DNA of 41,750 nt from a virus. Its lineage: Duplodnaviria; Caudoviricetes. Below, in pieces: positions 32,109-41,263 of the stretch. The DNA lies in the IMG/VR virus record IMGVR_UViG_3300043493_000077, positions 1 through 41,750 of that record; one strand, 5' to 3'. Made by a program: the position numbers and the translations under genes. The number at the start of each line of letters is the position of its first letter. Positions within the stretch are counted from its first letter, which is position 1. The notes beneath the pieces were generated by a model, which had not been told where the DNA came from, searched no databases, and saw only the letters and a program-made list of their open reading frames with translations.

Positions 32109-32339
32109 TTAAACGTCGGTGCGATACTTGCTGATCGTCGCCCTGCGTGCTGGCGTCAACCAGTCTTGCAACTCATTGTTAAAGGTGACGATGTTTAGCG
32201 CATCATCCCCATAAACCGGCTGCCCGCCGCGCTCGTCAAAACTGCTTGACCAGTTCGCTAGTTTCTCCATGTTGAGCGTCAGGCCCGTTAATGAGCCGCG
32301 CCCGTTTTGCAAAAAAGCATCAACTTCTTCAGGTGTCAT
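32109..32339 (-). CDS. Hypothetical protein at the end of the tail operon
   Basis: AAGGAG RBS; 76 aa. Confidence 0.65.
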   Translation of the reverse strand: MTPEEVDAFLQNGRGSLTGLTLNMEKLANWSSSFDERGGQPVYGDDALNIVTFNNELQDWLTPARRATISKYRTDV

Positions 32340-32370
32340 TTCGGTTCTCCTTATCTATTCAATGTCTCTG

Positions 32371-33033
32371 TTAAATGTCATAGACGGCCATGCCGCGGAT
32401 GAACTTGCCCGACATATCCGAATTTTTCACGCTCACATTCGTGTTGGCATTGCTAAAGAGCAACACGGCGGTGGTTGCAACAAGAACTGTTACGGGAAAA
32501 AGTAAGCTGGTCGAGTACAAAAAGCCGCCGCCCCCTGTCGAGCCGGTAATCGCCAAGGGCGTGAATGGTAAGCCGCCAATCACCATGCCAGCCGTATCGG
32601 CGGTTGACGGAAAGCCGATGGCGAAGGGGGCGAAGAGCATCCGTCCGATGCGCGTATAGCGCCCGATGGCTGTGGTCAGGGTCAGGCCCGCGCCGCTGGC
32701 ATCGGTAGGCGTCCATGTGTTTTGCACGTACTGGTTGAGAGTCGTCCCGCCAAAGTTGACGCCGGCTGCAAACGTAGCCAGCGCGGCAAAGTTATTCGCC
32801 ACGCTCAGGCGCGCAATGTCACTGATCGCAAAGCCGCCATCCTGCACCGTGTTGGCATCGGCCCAACTGGCGATGCGCCCCGCCACTGGTGCCCCACTCT
32901 TGAAGGGCGAATTGAGATTGGTACGGCTGATGCGCTTGTCGCGGTTGGTCACGTCTGACGTGTCGCTGATTAGAAAGTAGTCGTCAGCGGCAATCGTGGT
33001 CAGTTCGGTCAGGTCACGGATTGTGCTAGGCAC
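32371..33033 (-). CDS. Short tail fibre / receptor-binding protein
   Basis: TIRDLTELT..AADDYF.ISD; Y..NTWTP...GRYTRIGRM...IGGLPF C-terminal domain. Confidence 0.75.
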   Translation of the reverse strand: MPSTIRDLTELTTIAADDYFLISDTSDVTNRDKRISRTNLNSPFKSGAPVAGRIASWADANTVQDGGFAISDIARLSVANNFAALATFAAGVNFGGTTLNQYVQNTWTPTDASGAGLTLTTAIGRYTRIGRMLFAPFAIGFPSTADTAGMVIGGLPFTPLAITGSTGGGGFLYSTSLLFPVTVLVATTAVLLFSNANTNVSVKNSDMSGKFIRGMAVYDI

Positions 33034-33320
33034 TAGATCGCCTCAATTCTGCCATTCTCAGGAGTTCCCACCGCTTGAATTTGTTCGGCCAAGTTTTGAG
33101 AGGGAGGAACGCCCATAGGCGGTGCCCCTTGTGGTTCAAAAACTTGTATTGGCTCAAAGGCCAGGTTGTCGGCATTAAACTGGTACAGCTGCAAGTTGAC
33201 GCCCAGCTCCTTAGCGAAGTAACCAACAAAGGCTTCGGCAATCTGCCGCGCCGTACTCAGTTGCATAATCAGCCCCGCCATCTGTTCATGCTGACTCGTG
33301 CTTAGTTGAATGGTCTCCAT
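33033..33320 (-). CDS. Hypothetical (possible fibre chaperone)
   Basis: AAGGAG RBS before ATG at 33320 (METIQ). Confidence 0.6.
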   Translation of the reverse strand: METIQLSTSQHEQMAGLIMQLSTARQIAEAFVGYFAKELGVNLQLYQFNADNLAFEPIQVFEPQGAPPMGVPPSQNLAEQIQAVGTPENGRIEAI

Positions 33321-33342
33321 GATCTTTCTCCTTAATCTTGAC

Positions 33343-36300
33343 TTACCAAGTCGTTGTCGGGAATTGGATGCGATACCAGTTGTTATCTGCATAACACAAA
33401 TAGAGCCATACCCTGCCAATGCCATCGATGCCCCAACACATCTCGCCCTTGAAGCCGAGCGAACCTGGCATTGATTGAGCGGATGCGACCACGCGCGGTG
33501 TCACCAATTGCAGCGTGTCGCCCGTTTGGATGAACTTGTTGGCTGTCACCAGCGGCGCAGTAAAGTTCGCGTTTGTCCCACCCGAACTGGTAAAGGCAAG
33601 CGCACCTACCGAGTTCAGGGTCAACAAGCCTGACGAAGATCCTGGCCCGCGTATACTGAAAATTTGGCCTGATGCCGTATTGGCAATCTGCAATGCTTGG
33701 CTTCCTGTAATCGCCATAGTTGCGCCATCCCAACTAAACTCAGATTTGGCGATGTCGCCCACCTTGAACTTGTAGGCGGCGAGCGGGAACGCTGTGTCAT
33801 AGCCGAGGAAGAAGCCAGGCTCGGAAGCATTCGTGCCATAGGCTGTTTTGGTGCCTGAATAGATCTTGCCTGTCGTATTCATCGCCAGGCTGCCGTTGAC
33901 CGTCAATGGCCCTGTGTTGAGGGAACTGAATGTTCCCTTCATGGCCGACAGGTCATTGATGTTCATCTTGTCGCTGCTAATCTGTTGGGCAATGATATGG
34001 CCGGCATTGATCGAGTTGGCTTTAATGCGATTACCGACGATGCTGTCGGTAATAATCTGGTCACCGCCAATCCAGGTTGTGCCGCCAAGAATCGTCAGCG
34101 TTCCCATGCCACCACCGGTCGGAGAAGCGACCGCGCCAGGGTCAAAGACCGCAATCAATACAGCGTTCGGCCCCAACGTCGTTGGGTCGGTCGCAGAGGT
34201 CAGAGCAGGTGTAGTAGCAGTAACATCGATCCAGAAATAACGGCGCACAAAGGTAGTGCTGGAGAAACTACCTAGTCCTACGTTGCGCGTGCCATCGCCA
34301 AGGCGCACAGAAAAGTTAGACCAGTTGAAGGCATTGCGCCCTGTCACCGTCCAGGTTCCGCTGACACCGATCAGATGGCGGGCATTGCTATAATCAGTGG
34401 CTGCGGTCTGAGCAGTGCCACCCGCAGAAGATGCCGCAGCGTTGATCTGGGTGGTCAGCGCGGTCTCATAACTTGGAGCCAGTTGCACCGCCGTAATCGT
34501 GTCGGCGACAATGCGATCCGCGTTGATACTACCCGCCACAATGTCATCGCCGGAGATGACCACGCCACCACCGACCACAACCGCTGAAGCCGCCTCCACG
34601 CCTGGCTCACACACGGCCACCATAATCGCATTGGGTGGAATCAGGTTGATGTCCGTCTGCGCCTTCATCGTCGTTGAGGTAGGATCGCCGTCATTGATGT
34701 AGAGGTAGGTACGCGCTGTCATCGTACCTGTGTTGCCATTCGTGATGGTCTGCAATGCCCCACCATCGCCTCGAACCAGTGTAACCCCTGTCCAACTCAC
34801 CAGCGCCGCATTGGTCAGCGAGGGCGTAAATGTGCCATTGACCGCCAGCACCTTTTTGCTATTGGCCGTTGTGTATACGTCAGCCGCAATCTGAGCCGAC
34901 GTGATGCTGTTGGCCTTGATGTTGCTGGCGATGATGCTGCCGGCGGCAATGCTGTCACCAGAAATGAGGACGCCGCCATTAACCATGACAATTGAGGCGT
35001 TTTCGGTGCCATTGACACCCGTAGTACCTGGCGTAACCACGGCAATCATAATGGCATTGGCAGGAAGAGAATCGATGTTGCTGACCGCCCTCATGCCCAC
35101 GGTTCCGGCATCGGTTTCGAGGATGTAGAGGTAGAGCCTCGTCGTCAGTGGCGCCAGCGGGGCACCGCTAGCGGCATTGAGTACGCCATCTGTGATTGTG
35201 ATAAGGGTGCTGTCGCCCTTGACCACCTGGACATTGGTTGGCGTCCCCCAACTGATCGACTGGTAGCCTGTCGAGACAAAAGTGCCTGTCACCGCTATGG
35301 TTCGCTGCCCGCTGGCTTTGGCGGTTGCCGCATCGGTCGTCGTCGTCAGCACATCCGCGGCCAGATGCGAGGCATGGACTTCTCCCGCCACAATCTGGTT
35401 GGCGTAGATGGCATTGGCGGCGATCTGGTTGGTGGTAATTGAGCTAGTGGCAATGTTGGAGCCGGATATGTAGGTTGTCCCCGCCACGACTGTTACCGAG
35501 GCTTTGGGCGATCCTGGGTCAGCCACGGCGATTAGCACATGGTCAGGGGAGTTGATCAGCGCAGGGTTGGTCGTCGTCAACATCGTGATCGTACCCGTCC
35601 CCGCCACACTGACATAGAGATAGGTGCGGGCGCCGATGGTCAGCGGTGATCCCGTCGAGGAGATGCTACGAGATGTGCCATTGGCAAAGGCTGCGCTGAG
35701 CGCAGTCCAACTAATCTGGTTCGGGCCTGGGCTTGTCCATGTCCCTGTCACACCGACCAATCGCCGCGCTGTGCCATAGACCTGGGCATTATTTTGCGCC
35801 GTTGTGCCATAGGTCTGAGCATAACCATCATATTGCACGTCTTTGGCATCGACATAGGCTTGATCGACCGTGCCGCCGCCACCCGCCACCAGGAGCTGTC
35901 CTTGCACGAACAGCACGCCCGCTGCCTGTGACCATTGCAGATAGTTGCCCGTCGCCACATTGCCGATGATCACATCGCCGGCATTCGCCCCTGGCGCATC
36001 GGTCGTATAGACACGGAAACCTGTGGTGGCATCGGCTCCGACGTTCTTGCCAATGCGGATGTTGCCATCGGCTGTCCACAGGCCTGTGTCGGCGATGCCG
36101 TTGTTGAGCCGAATGTCGGTTTTGTAGAGTGCCAGCTGCAAGTTGGAAGCAATCAGATAGCCAGTATTGGCATCTGACAAATCCTTGCCGGCGATCATAC
36201 CGTACTGCTCCACGCCGCTGATACCCGGCAAGCCGATGCCATCCAGCCGCCCCATTCGCATACGCGGCACAACCGAACCCGCCGCGCCTGTCCACACATT

Positions 36301-38199
36301 CGGCCCTACCGTGAACACGTCGATGTAGGGGGCGTAGTTCAAATCGGAGGTCATGAGGATGCGGCCATCGCCCTGCTTGCCATAGGAGACAACAGCGCTG
36401 CCTTTGGGAAGTGTGCCATCGGTGCCGCTGCGCTTATACACGCTGTAGGTGGCATAGCCGCTGTTCTGCGTGGCACTGATGACCTCAAACCAAAAATCGG
36501 TGACGCCTGTCGGCACTTCTGTTTTGGAACGGATCACATCGCCCGGCTGGAAGTAAAAGCCAGGCCCCGATGGCGGGTCGTTGATGGTGATGAAATTACC
36601 GATCCATGCCACGTGCAGTTCGTTACCCGTAAATGTGCCGCTGGTCGTCACCACTTGGAGGGGTACGCCCATGCCAGCCGGGGTACTGTAAACGACAAGC
36701 ACATCATCATCGACCGCGGATGAGCTAATCACGGCGTCGTCATGCAGCGTCCCCGCTGTCGCCACGAAGAATGACCCGCCAGAGGCATGGATCTCGTCCT
36801 TCACGAATACCGTGGCATGTAACTCGCCTCTGGCCCAAATGTTGTTAAATTCGGCATTGCCGACCGGGGTGATCTGCCAGCCCGTGAGCCCCGACACAAA
36901 GCCCGGATGACCGCTCTGCAAATTGCCCACACTGTCAAGAACAATCAGCTCGGAGCCACTCAAATCCTCAATGCGCCACATGCGTCCCGTTTGCCCACTC
37001 TTCTGCTTGATGCGCTGCGTGTGGTCGGCATTGGAGAAGGCAATCAGATCGAATGTCGCCCCACTTGGCACGCGATTGATGCCAACCCAATTGTTGGCCC
37101 CATCCACGTAGAGCAGATTGGTGTCTAACTGGATGCCGCCATTTATGTCGGTTTTGAGAATGGCTTCGGCTGCGCCAGGCGCAGCGGAGGGTGTCAACAG
37201 CCCTAGCACATTCGTCCCTGTTGCTCCCACCAGTTGAAACCTAACGCCTGTGATGCTGTGAACAGCACCTGTAGCATCTCCCGTTATGATGTTGTGAACG
37301 CGCGTGTGATGCTGGTCGGGCAAAACATTGTTCAGGTCATCATGGTTCAACTGCATAAACTGTGCTGCGGTCGGCGAACTGGCGCGCAGCACATAGCCAG
37401 GAAGAGCGCCGCTGATTGTATGGTCAGCGCCAAGCGCTACATCGGTCGCAAGCACATGCTGTTGTGGGTGATGCTGGTCAGGCAGTACAGTGTCGAGGTC
37501 GGTATGGTGCAACTTCATGAATTGGGCGGTGGTTGCACTAAGCGCACGCAACACTTGCCCCGCCGCGGCCCCACTGATGGTGTGGTCCGGCCCTATCCCC
37601 GTTCCTGTTGCCAGGACGTGTTGCTTGGGGTGATGGTCATCTGGCCCGATGCCCTGTAAATCGCTATGCAGACGCGTGGCAAGGTCATGCAGAGTAGAGC
37701 CGGAGAAGTTGATCAACGGCCAGTTGAGTAGCCCATTGTGATGGGCGCTGGAAAGGCCATGTGGAGAAGGCGCAAAGGAGAATGGCATATTGAGCCATTG
37801 GCCGCTGGCGCCGTTGTATTGCAAGACCTGTCCGTTGGCTGGCCCTGTTATCGTGACATCGGTTAAGGCGTCGAGGTTGGTAGCACCGCCGCCACCACCG
37901 CCGCCGCTGCCGCCACCACCGCTACCCCCACCCGATCCGGAGAGAGCAATCACGCTGCTACGATTGGGAGGCGCATAGCGAGCTACAGCGGGTGTACCGA
38001 CGTTGATCACTTGCAGCGAGCCACCCTGCCCATCGACGCCTTCTGCCGGGTAGAGTTTGCCGCCAATTTGTACTTGGTTATGGCCTGCGCTCACGCCCTG
38101 AAAGACAACCGGTGACCGCTCATAGCGCTTATCGAGTTTGGACGCCAGCTTGTTGGCCTGGCGGGTCACATGAGCGGAAATTCGTGCATTATTGGGCAT
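33343..38199 (-). CDS. Large tail fibre / host-specificity protein (1618 aa) with internal repeats
   Basis: LDALTDVTIT...NGQVLQYN...W motif; GFVSGLTGWQI...GNAEFNNI.ARG; His-rich repeats; four ~140-aa repeats with I.A.SI.A spacers. Confidence 0.85.
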   Translation of the reverse strand: MPNNARISAHVTRQANKLASKLDKRYERSPVVFQGVSAGHNQVQIGGKLYPAEGVDGQGGSLQVINVGTPAVARYAPPNRSSVIALSGSGGGSGGGGSGGGGGGGATNLDALTDVTITGPANGQVLQYNGASGQWLNMPFSFAPSPHGLSSAHHNGLLNWPLINFSGSTLHDLATRLHSDLQGIGPDDHHPKQHVLATGTGIGPDHTISGAAAGQVLRALSATTAQFMKLHHTDLDTVLPDQHHPQQHVLATDVALGADHTISGALPGYVLRASSPTAAQFMQLNHDDLNNVLPDQHHTRVHNIITGDATGAVHSITGVRFQLVGATGTNVLGLLTPSAAPGAAEAILKTDINGGIQLDTNLLYVDGANNWVGINRVPSGATFDLIAFSNADHTQRIKQKSGQTGRMWRIEDLSGSELIVLDSVGNLQSGHPGFVSGLTGWQITPVGNAEFNNIWARGELHATVFVKDEIHASGGSFFVATAGTLHDDAVISSSAVDDDVLVVYSTPAGMGVPLQVVTTSGTFTGNELHVAWIGNFITINDPPSGPGFYFQPGDVIRSKTEVPTGVTDFWFEVISATQNSGYATYSVYKRSGTDGTLPKGSAVVSYGKQGDGRILMTSDLNYAPYIDVFTVGPNVWTGAAGSVVPRMRMGRLDGIGLPGISGVEQYGMIAGKDLSDANTGYLIASNLQLALYKTDIRLNNGIADTGLWTADGNIRIGKNVGADATTGFRVYTTDAPGANAGDVIIGNVATGNYLQWSQAAGVLFVQGQLLVAGGGGTVDQAYVDAKDVQYDGYAQTYGTTAQNNAQVYGTARRLVGVTGTWTSPGPNQISWTALSAAFANGTSRSISSTGSPLTIGARTYLYVSVAGTGTITMLTTTNPALINSPDHVLIAVADPGSPKASVTVVAGTTYISGSNIATSSITTNQIAANAIYANQIVAGEVHASHLAADVLTTTTDAATAKASGQRTIAVTGTFVSTGYQSISWGTPTNVQVVKGDSTLITITDGVLNAASGAPLAPLTTRLYLYILETDAGTVGMRAVSNIDSLPANAIMIAVVTPGTTGVNGTENASIVMVNGGVLISGDSIAAGSIIASNIKANSITSAQIAADVYTTANSKKVLAVNGTFTPSLTNAALVSWTGVTLVRGDGGALQTITNGNTGTMTARTYLYINDGDPTSTTMKAQTDINLIPPNAIMVAVCEPGVEAASAVVVGGGVVISGDDIVAGSINADRIVADTITAVQLAPSYETALTTQINAAASSAGGTAQTAATDYSNARHLIGVSGTWTVTGRNAFNWSNFSVRLGDGTRNVGLGSFSSTTFVRRYFWIDVTATTPALTSATDPTTLGPNAVLIAVFDPGAVASPTGGGMGTLTILGGTTWIGGDQIITDSIVGNRIKANSINAGHIIAQQISSDKMNINDLSAMKGTFSSLNTGPLTVNGSLAMNTTGKIYSGTKTAYGTNASEPGFFLGYDTAFPLAAYKFKVGDIAKSEFSWDGATMAITGSQALQIANTASGQIFSIRGPGSSSGLLTLNSVGALAFTSSGGTNANFTAPLVTANKFIQTGDTLQLVTPRVVASAQSMPGSLGFKGEMCWGIDGIGRVWLYLCYADNNWYRIQFPTTTW

Positions 38200-40908
38200 C
38201 TAGACCTCCCATTCCTGGTCGATGATGATGCCATGCAGCACCGTGTCCATCAGCTGATTGCTGATAGAATGTTGCACCTGGCGCACCAGGATCAATCTGT
38301 CGAGTTGCGTGCCGTCCTCGGCCATCAGCCATTGTACGCGGTGGATCTGGTGAGGCTCGACCGCTAGATCGCCCTGCGCCAGCGAGACGACCAGCTCATA
38401 GGGATAGCGGGCTAGATAATAGCGTTTGCGGGCGGCAAGGTCGGCGTCTGCGCTGCTGGCAAAGTAGAGCGGCCCGATCTCCTGCTCAGCGCCCAGCGAA
38501 GCTGGTGTAGATGGAAACTTGGCAACACCGCTGTCACTGCCATCTGGCAACTTCCAGTGCAATTTGACCTGCGAGACAGCCCCTCCGGCATTGCGCGAAA
38601 ATTGCACGTTGGCGGCGGAGCTTCGCGTCCAGGTTCGGAACGGTGCATAGCTGCCGACCGGCACGCGCCAGAGGTTGTCGGGCTGCAAGATCACCTTGCT
38701 ATCACGGTCGATCTTGATCATGCTGTTGCCCAGCTCGGCGGCGCTGGCAATCACGTTCCAGGCCATATCGATGGCTGTGGTGAAGCCGCTCGGCGCCACA
38801 CCGTTGCTGACGATCTGGATAGCGCTGGAGCTGATCCCGGCATTGAGCAGGATGCGCTGCATGAGCTGTTCGATGCTGCTGCCCTCGTCCAGCCACAGCG
38901 AGCTGTCAAAATAGCTCTCATCCACCAACGCCTTGACGCGGTTGATGCGCGGGCGTGAAGGGTCGGCGCTCATGCGTTTGAACTCGATCAAGATGGTTTT
39001 GACGCGTGCCTGGGCTAACGTCAACTGCATACTGCTCGTGGCATAGTCGGTAATAGGCTGGTAGAACTCATAGTCATCTTCATGTTGCTCGGCATCTGGC
39101 GTTCGTGCTTCTAGCGCCGAATAGCGCCAATTGAAGTCACGCGGGTAGTTAGTGCTGCCAGCGGGACGCTCCCAGATCAATGCTCGAATCGGCATGGCAT
39201 CCGTGACGCTAAGCCTGCCGTTTTGTGTGTGAAAGACAAAGACGGCATCGCTGGCTTTGTGGGCGACCGCCGCTGTGCCATAGGCGCCGCGCTCGCTGAC
39301 CTGGACGTTGGTCGATGTTTTGTTGATGTAGCGGATCACCTCATCACCGACCACGATATCACCTGTGCTGGCGAGCCCATCCGTCGATGGCCCGTTCTGC
39401 CCATCGATGGTGAGGAAGCTGCCGGCAGCGGGGTTCACGGCATCGATGTCATCGTGCAGGATCAGCCCCATGCCAGGCAAGGTCACGGCCAGCCAGGCCT
39501 GCTCGCCACGCGTGTTGTTGTGGATGCGGTAGCCTGGCGACTGGCGCATGCTGACTTCCCAATCATCTTTTGTATTGGTGTGGCCGTTGTCGAGCGCCTT
39601 CCAACGCATGGTTTCGTCGAACTTGGGCGCCGGCATCGCTGGCCCGACCCAGCCACCGGCAAAGCCGGCATCATCGGTGGTAGTCGATCCCCAAAAAGCG
39701 CCGCCACTGTAGCTGCCGAAGAAGTTGAAGGCCATGCCGCCACCTGCCGGCCACAGGTGATTAAAGAAGCCCGGGTTGTCTGAGCCGGATACGTCAAAAA
39801 TGTGGATAGCCTCCTGCGTCGGGTTCTCTTTGAGAAAGATGACTTCGTTCTCGGCCACGATCACGCGCTCCCCGGCATGAACTTCGAGGCTGGGCAGATC
39901 CAGGTGGACTTGATTGCCGTTTACGCTGTCCCAGGCGATGATCTCGGTGCTGTCCGTATTCTTCCAGATAAACTCAAACCACTTCGAGCCGCTGTTGATC
40001 GAGGCTGGCGGGTTGATGTAGATCTGGCTGATGCCGCTGTAATCAGCGGGATCTTCCGATGTGCCAATCAGACGGTCGCCAATCCAGATACCATCGTCCT
40101 CCTCTTGCAAAACGATGCTGGCGTCAAAGTTGGGTTTAGCGGGTGTGAAGTCACCCGTCCAGCGTTCCTTGTGCGCGGCAGCCAGCGGCACCGTCGAAGT
40201 GGCCTGGCCGGCGACCGCCAGATCAAAGTTGCCAACGCGCACGCCTTCTACCTGTGTGCGGCGCAACATCATACCCACGCTGGCAAACTTGGCCGACCAC
40301 CCGCGCGTGCTACGGGCATCATCCTGAATCGAAGCGCTGTCCAAAAAGCCGACCAGGAAATTGCTCAGTGTTCCTGTGACCGCCTGGCGGTACTGGATGA
40401 CGGCGACGTGCAGCGGCTGAAAGGCCGCTTGCGGTGCTTTGATGCCGCTGATGTCAAACTGCCAGTCGGAAGCAACCGAAAGGTCATCCAGCGAAAAGTT
40501 GATGTTGAGGTTGCCATCTGTCTCTGCCAGCAGCCACCATAAGCGAGCCGCAGCGCCAGCATTATGGATGCCGTTATGGTCGCGCGCCGGGACGGTCCCC
40601 GGCACCGCCGTGGGTTCACGCGTTAGACCTGTCAGCGTGTTCGTTGGCACTTTGTTCGTATATTCGCAATACTCCCAACTCTGCCCGCTCCCATTTGGCC
40701 CAATCCATAAACCGCCTTTGCTGGCAAAGGAGCCTGTATTGGCGAGGACAACCGAAGTCGCTCCGGAGACAAGCGTCGTGGCGACGGTGGATGCTATGTT
40801 GAGGTTGCTGGCCTCATCCTTGTCATAGCTCGGCCAATCAAAATAGTAAGGGCTGGCCGCATCATGCCAGGGCGGGCCAATGTAAATCGCCCACTGAAAA
40901 GGAGCCAC
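38200..40908 (-). CDS. Tail tip / baseplate hub-like protein (902 aa)
   Basis: Lies after the distal tail gene; GDEVIRY...ERGAYGT..AH motif; C-terminal hub-like strands; GTG start. Confidence 0.7.
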   Translation of the reverse strand: MAPFQWAIYIGPPWHDAASPYYFDWPSYDKDEASNLNIASTVATTLVSGATSVVLANTGSFASKGGLWIGPNGSGQSWEYCEYTNKVPTNTLTGLTREPTAVPGTVPARDHNGIHNAGAAARLWWLLAETDGNLNINFSLDDLSVASDWQFDISGIKAPQAAFQPLHVAVIQYRQAVTGTLSNFLVGFLDSASIQDDARSTRGWSAKFASVGMMLRRTQVEGVRVGNFDLAVAGQATSTVPLAAAHKERWTGDFTPAKPNFDASIVLQEEDDGIWIGDRLIGTSEDPADYSGISQIYINPPASINSGSKWFEFIWKNTDSTEIIAWDSVNGNQVHLDLPSLEVHAGERVIVAENEVIFLKENPTQEAIHIFDVSGSDNPGFFNHLWPAGGGMAFNFFGSYSGGAFWGSTTTDDAGFAGGWVGPAMPAPKFDETMRWKALDNGHTNTKDDWEVSMRQSPGYRIHNNTRGEQAWLAVTLPGMGLILHDDIDAVNPAAGSFLTIDGQNGPSTDGLASTGDIVVGDEVIRYINKTSTNVQVSERGAYGTAAVAHKASDAVFVFHTQNGRLSVTDAMPIRALIWERPAGSTNYPRDFNWRYSALEARTPDAEQHEDDYEFYQPITDYATSSMQLTLAQARVKTILIEFKRMSADPSRPRINRVKALVDESYFDSSLWLDEGSSIEQLMQRILLNAGISSSAIQIVSNGVAPSGFTTAIDMAWNVIASAAELGNSMIKIDRDSKVILQPDNLWRVPVGSYAPFRTWTRSSAANVQFSRNAGGAVSQVKLHWKLPDGSDSGVAKFPSTPASLGAEQEIGPLYFASSADADLAARKRYYLARYPYELVVSLAQGDLAVEPHQIHRVQWLMAEDGTQLDRLILVRQVQHSISNQLMDTVLHGIIIDQEWEV

Positions 40909-40912
40909 AGGC

Positions 40913-41263
40913 TTAGACTTTCATGGTGTCGATTTTAACGACAACGTTCTGATAGAGACCATTCTGGCGACCGCTGTAGGTGGGGCGACGTACGATGACT
41001 TGCGAGTAGCTAATCTCGGTGTCGAGGTCGTTGGGAAGTACAGCATCAGCCTTGAGGTAGAATGCACCGGCTAAAAGTGTTGTTGCCCACCAGGCAAAAT
41101 CTACCGGGTAAAGGATCGGAAACGTCCAGGTGACAGAAGGTAGCCCAGCTGTCACCGTCTCGCCCAGCCCGTTCTGCCGCTCTTCGCTGAAGGCAACCCA
41201 AACATAACTGCCAATGTCCCGAATGCTCACAGGGATGGCGCTACCGTTAATGCTTATGGTCAT
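40913..41263 (-). CDS. Distal tail (Dit-like) protein
   Basis: 116 aa, beta-rich, ATGA-coupled to the tape measure stop. Confidence 0.55.
   Translation of the reverse strand: MTISINGSAIPVSIRDIGSYVWVAFSEERQNGLGETVTAGLPSVTWTFPILYPVDFAWWATTLLAGAFYLKADAVLPNDLDTEISYSQVIVRRPTYSGRQNGLYQNVVVKIDTMKV

Larger units (their letters stand above)
8874..40614. repeat. Dispersed micro-repeat family C, ~27-38 nt (GCGCGCCCAAT)GGCGGTGCCGGGGACCGTCCCGGCGCG
   Basis: 8874-8911(+) and 19986-20023(+) are 36/38 identical; 40583-40609(-) is a 27-nt exact match; partial copies at 33110-33126(+) and 22040-22054(-). Confidence 0.85.

Noticed and set aside
32371-38199. Diversity-generating retroelement or invertible fibre cassette
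   Set aside because: I saw no reverse transcriptase, no template/variable repeat pair differing at adenines, and no invertase or long inverted repeats
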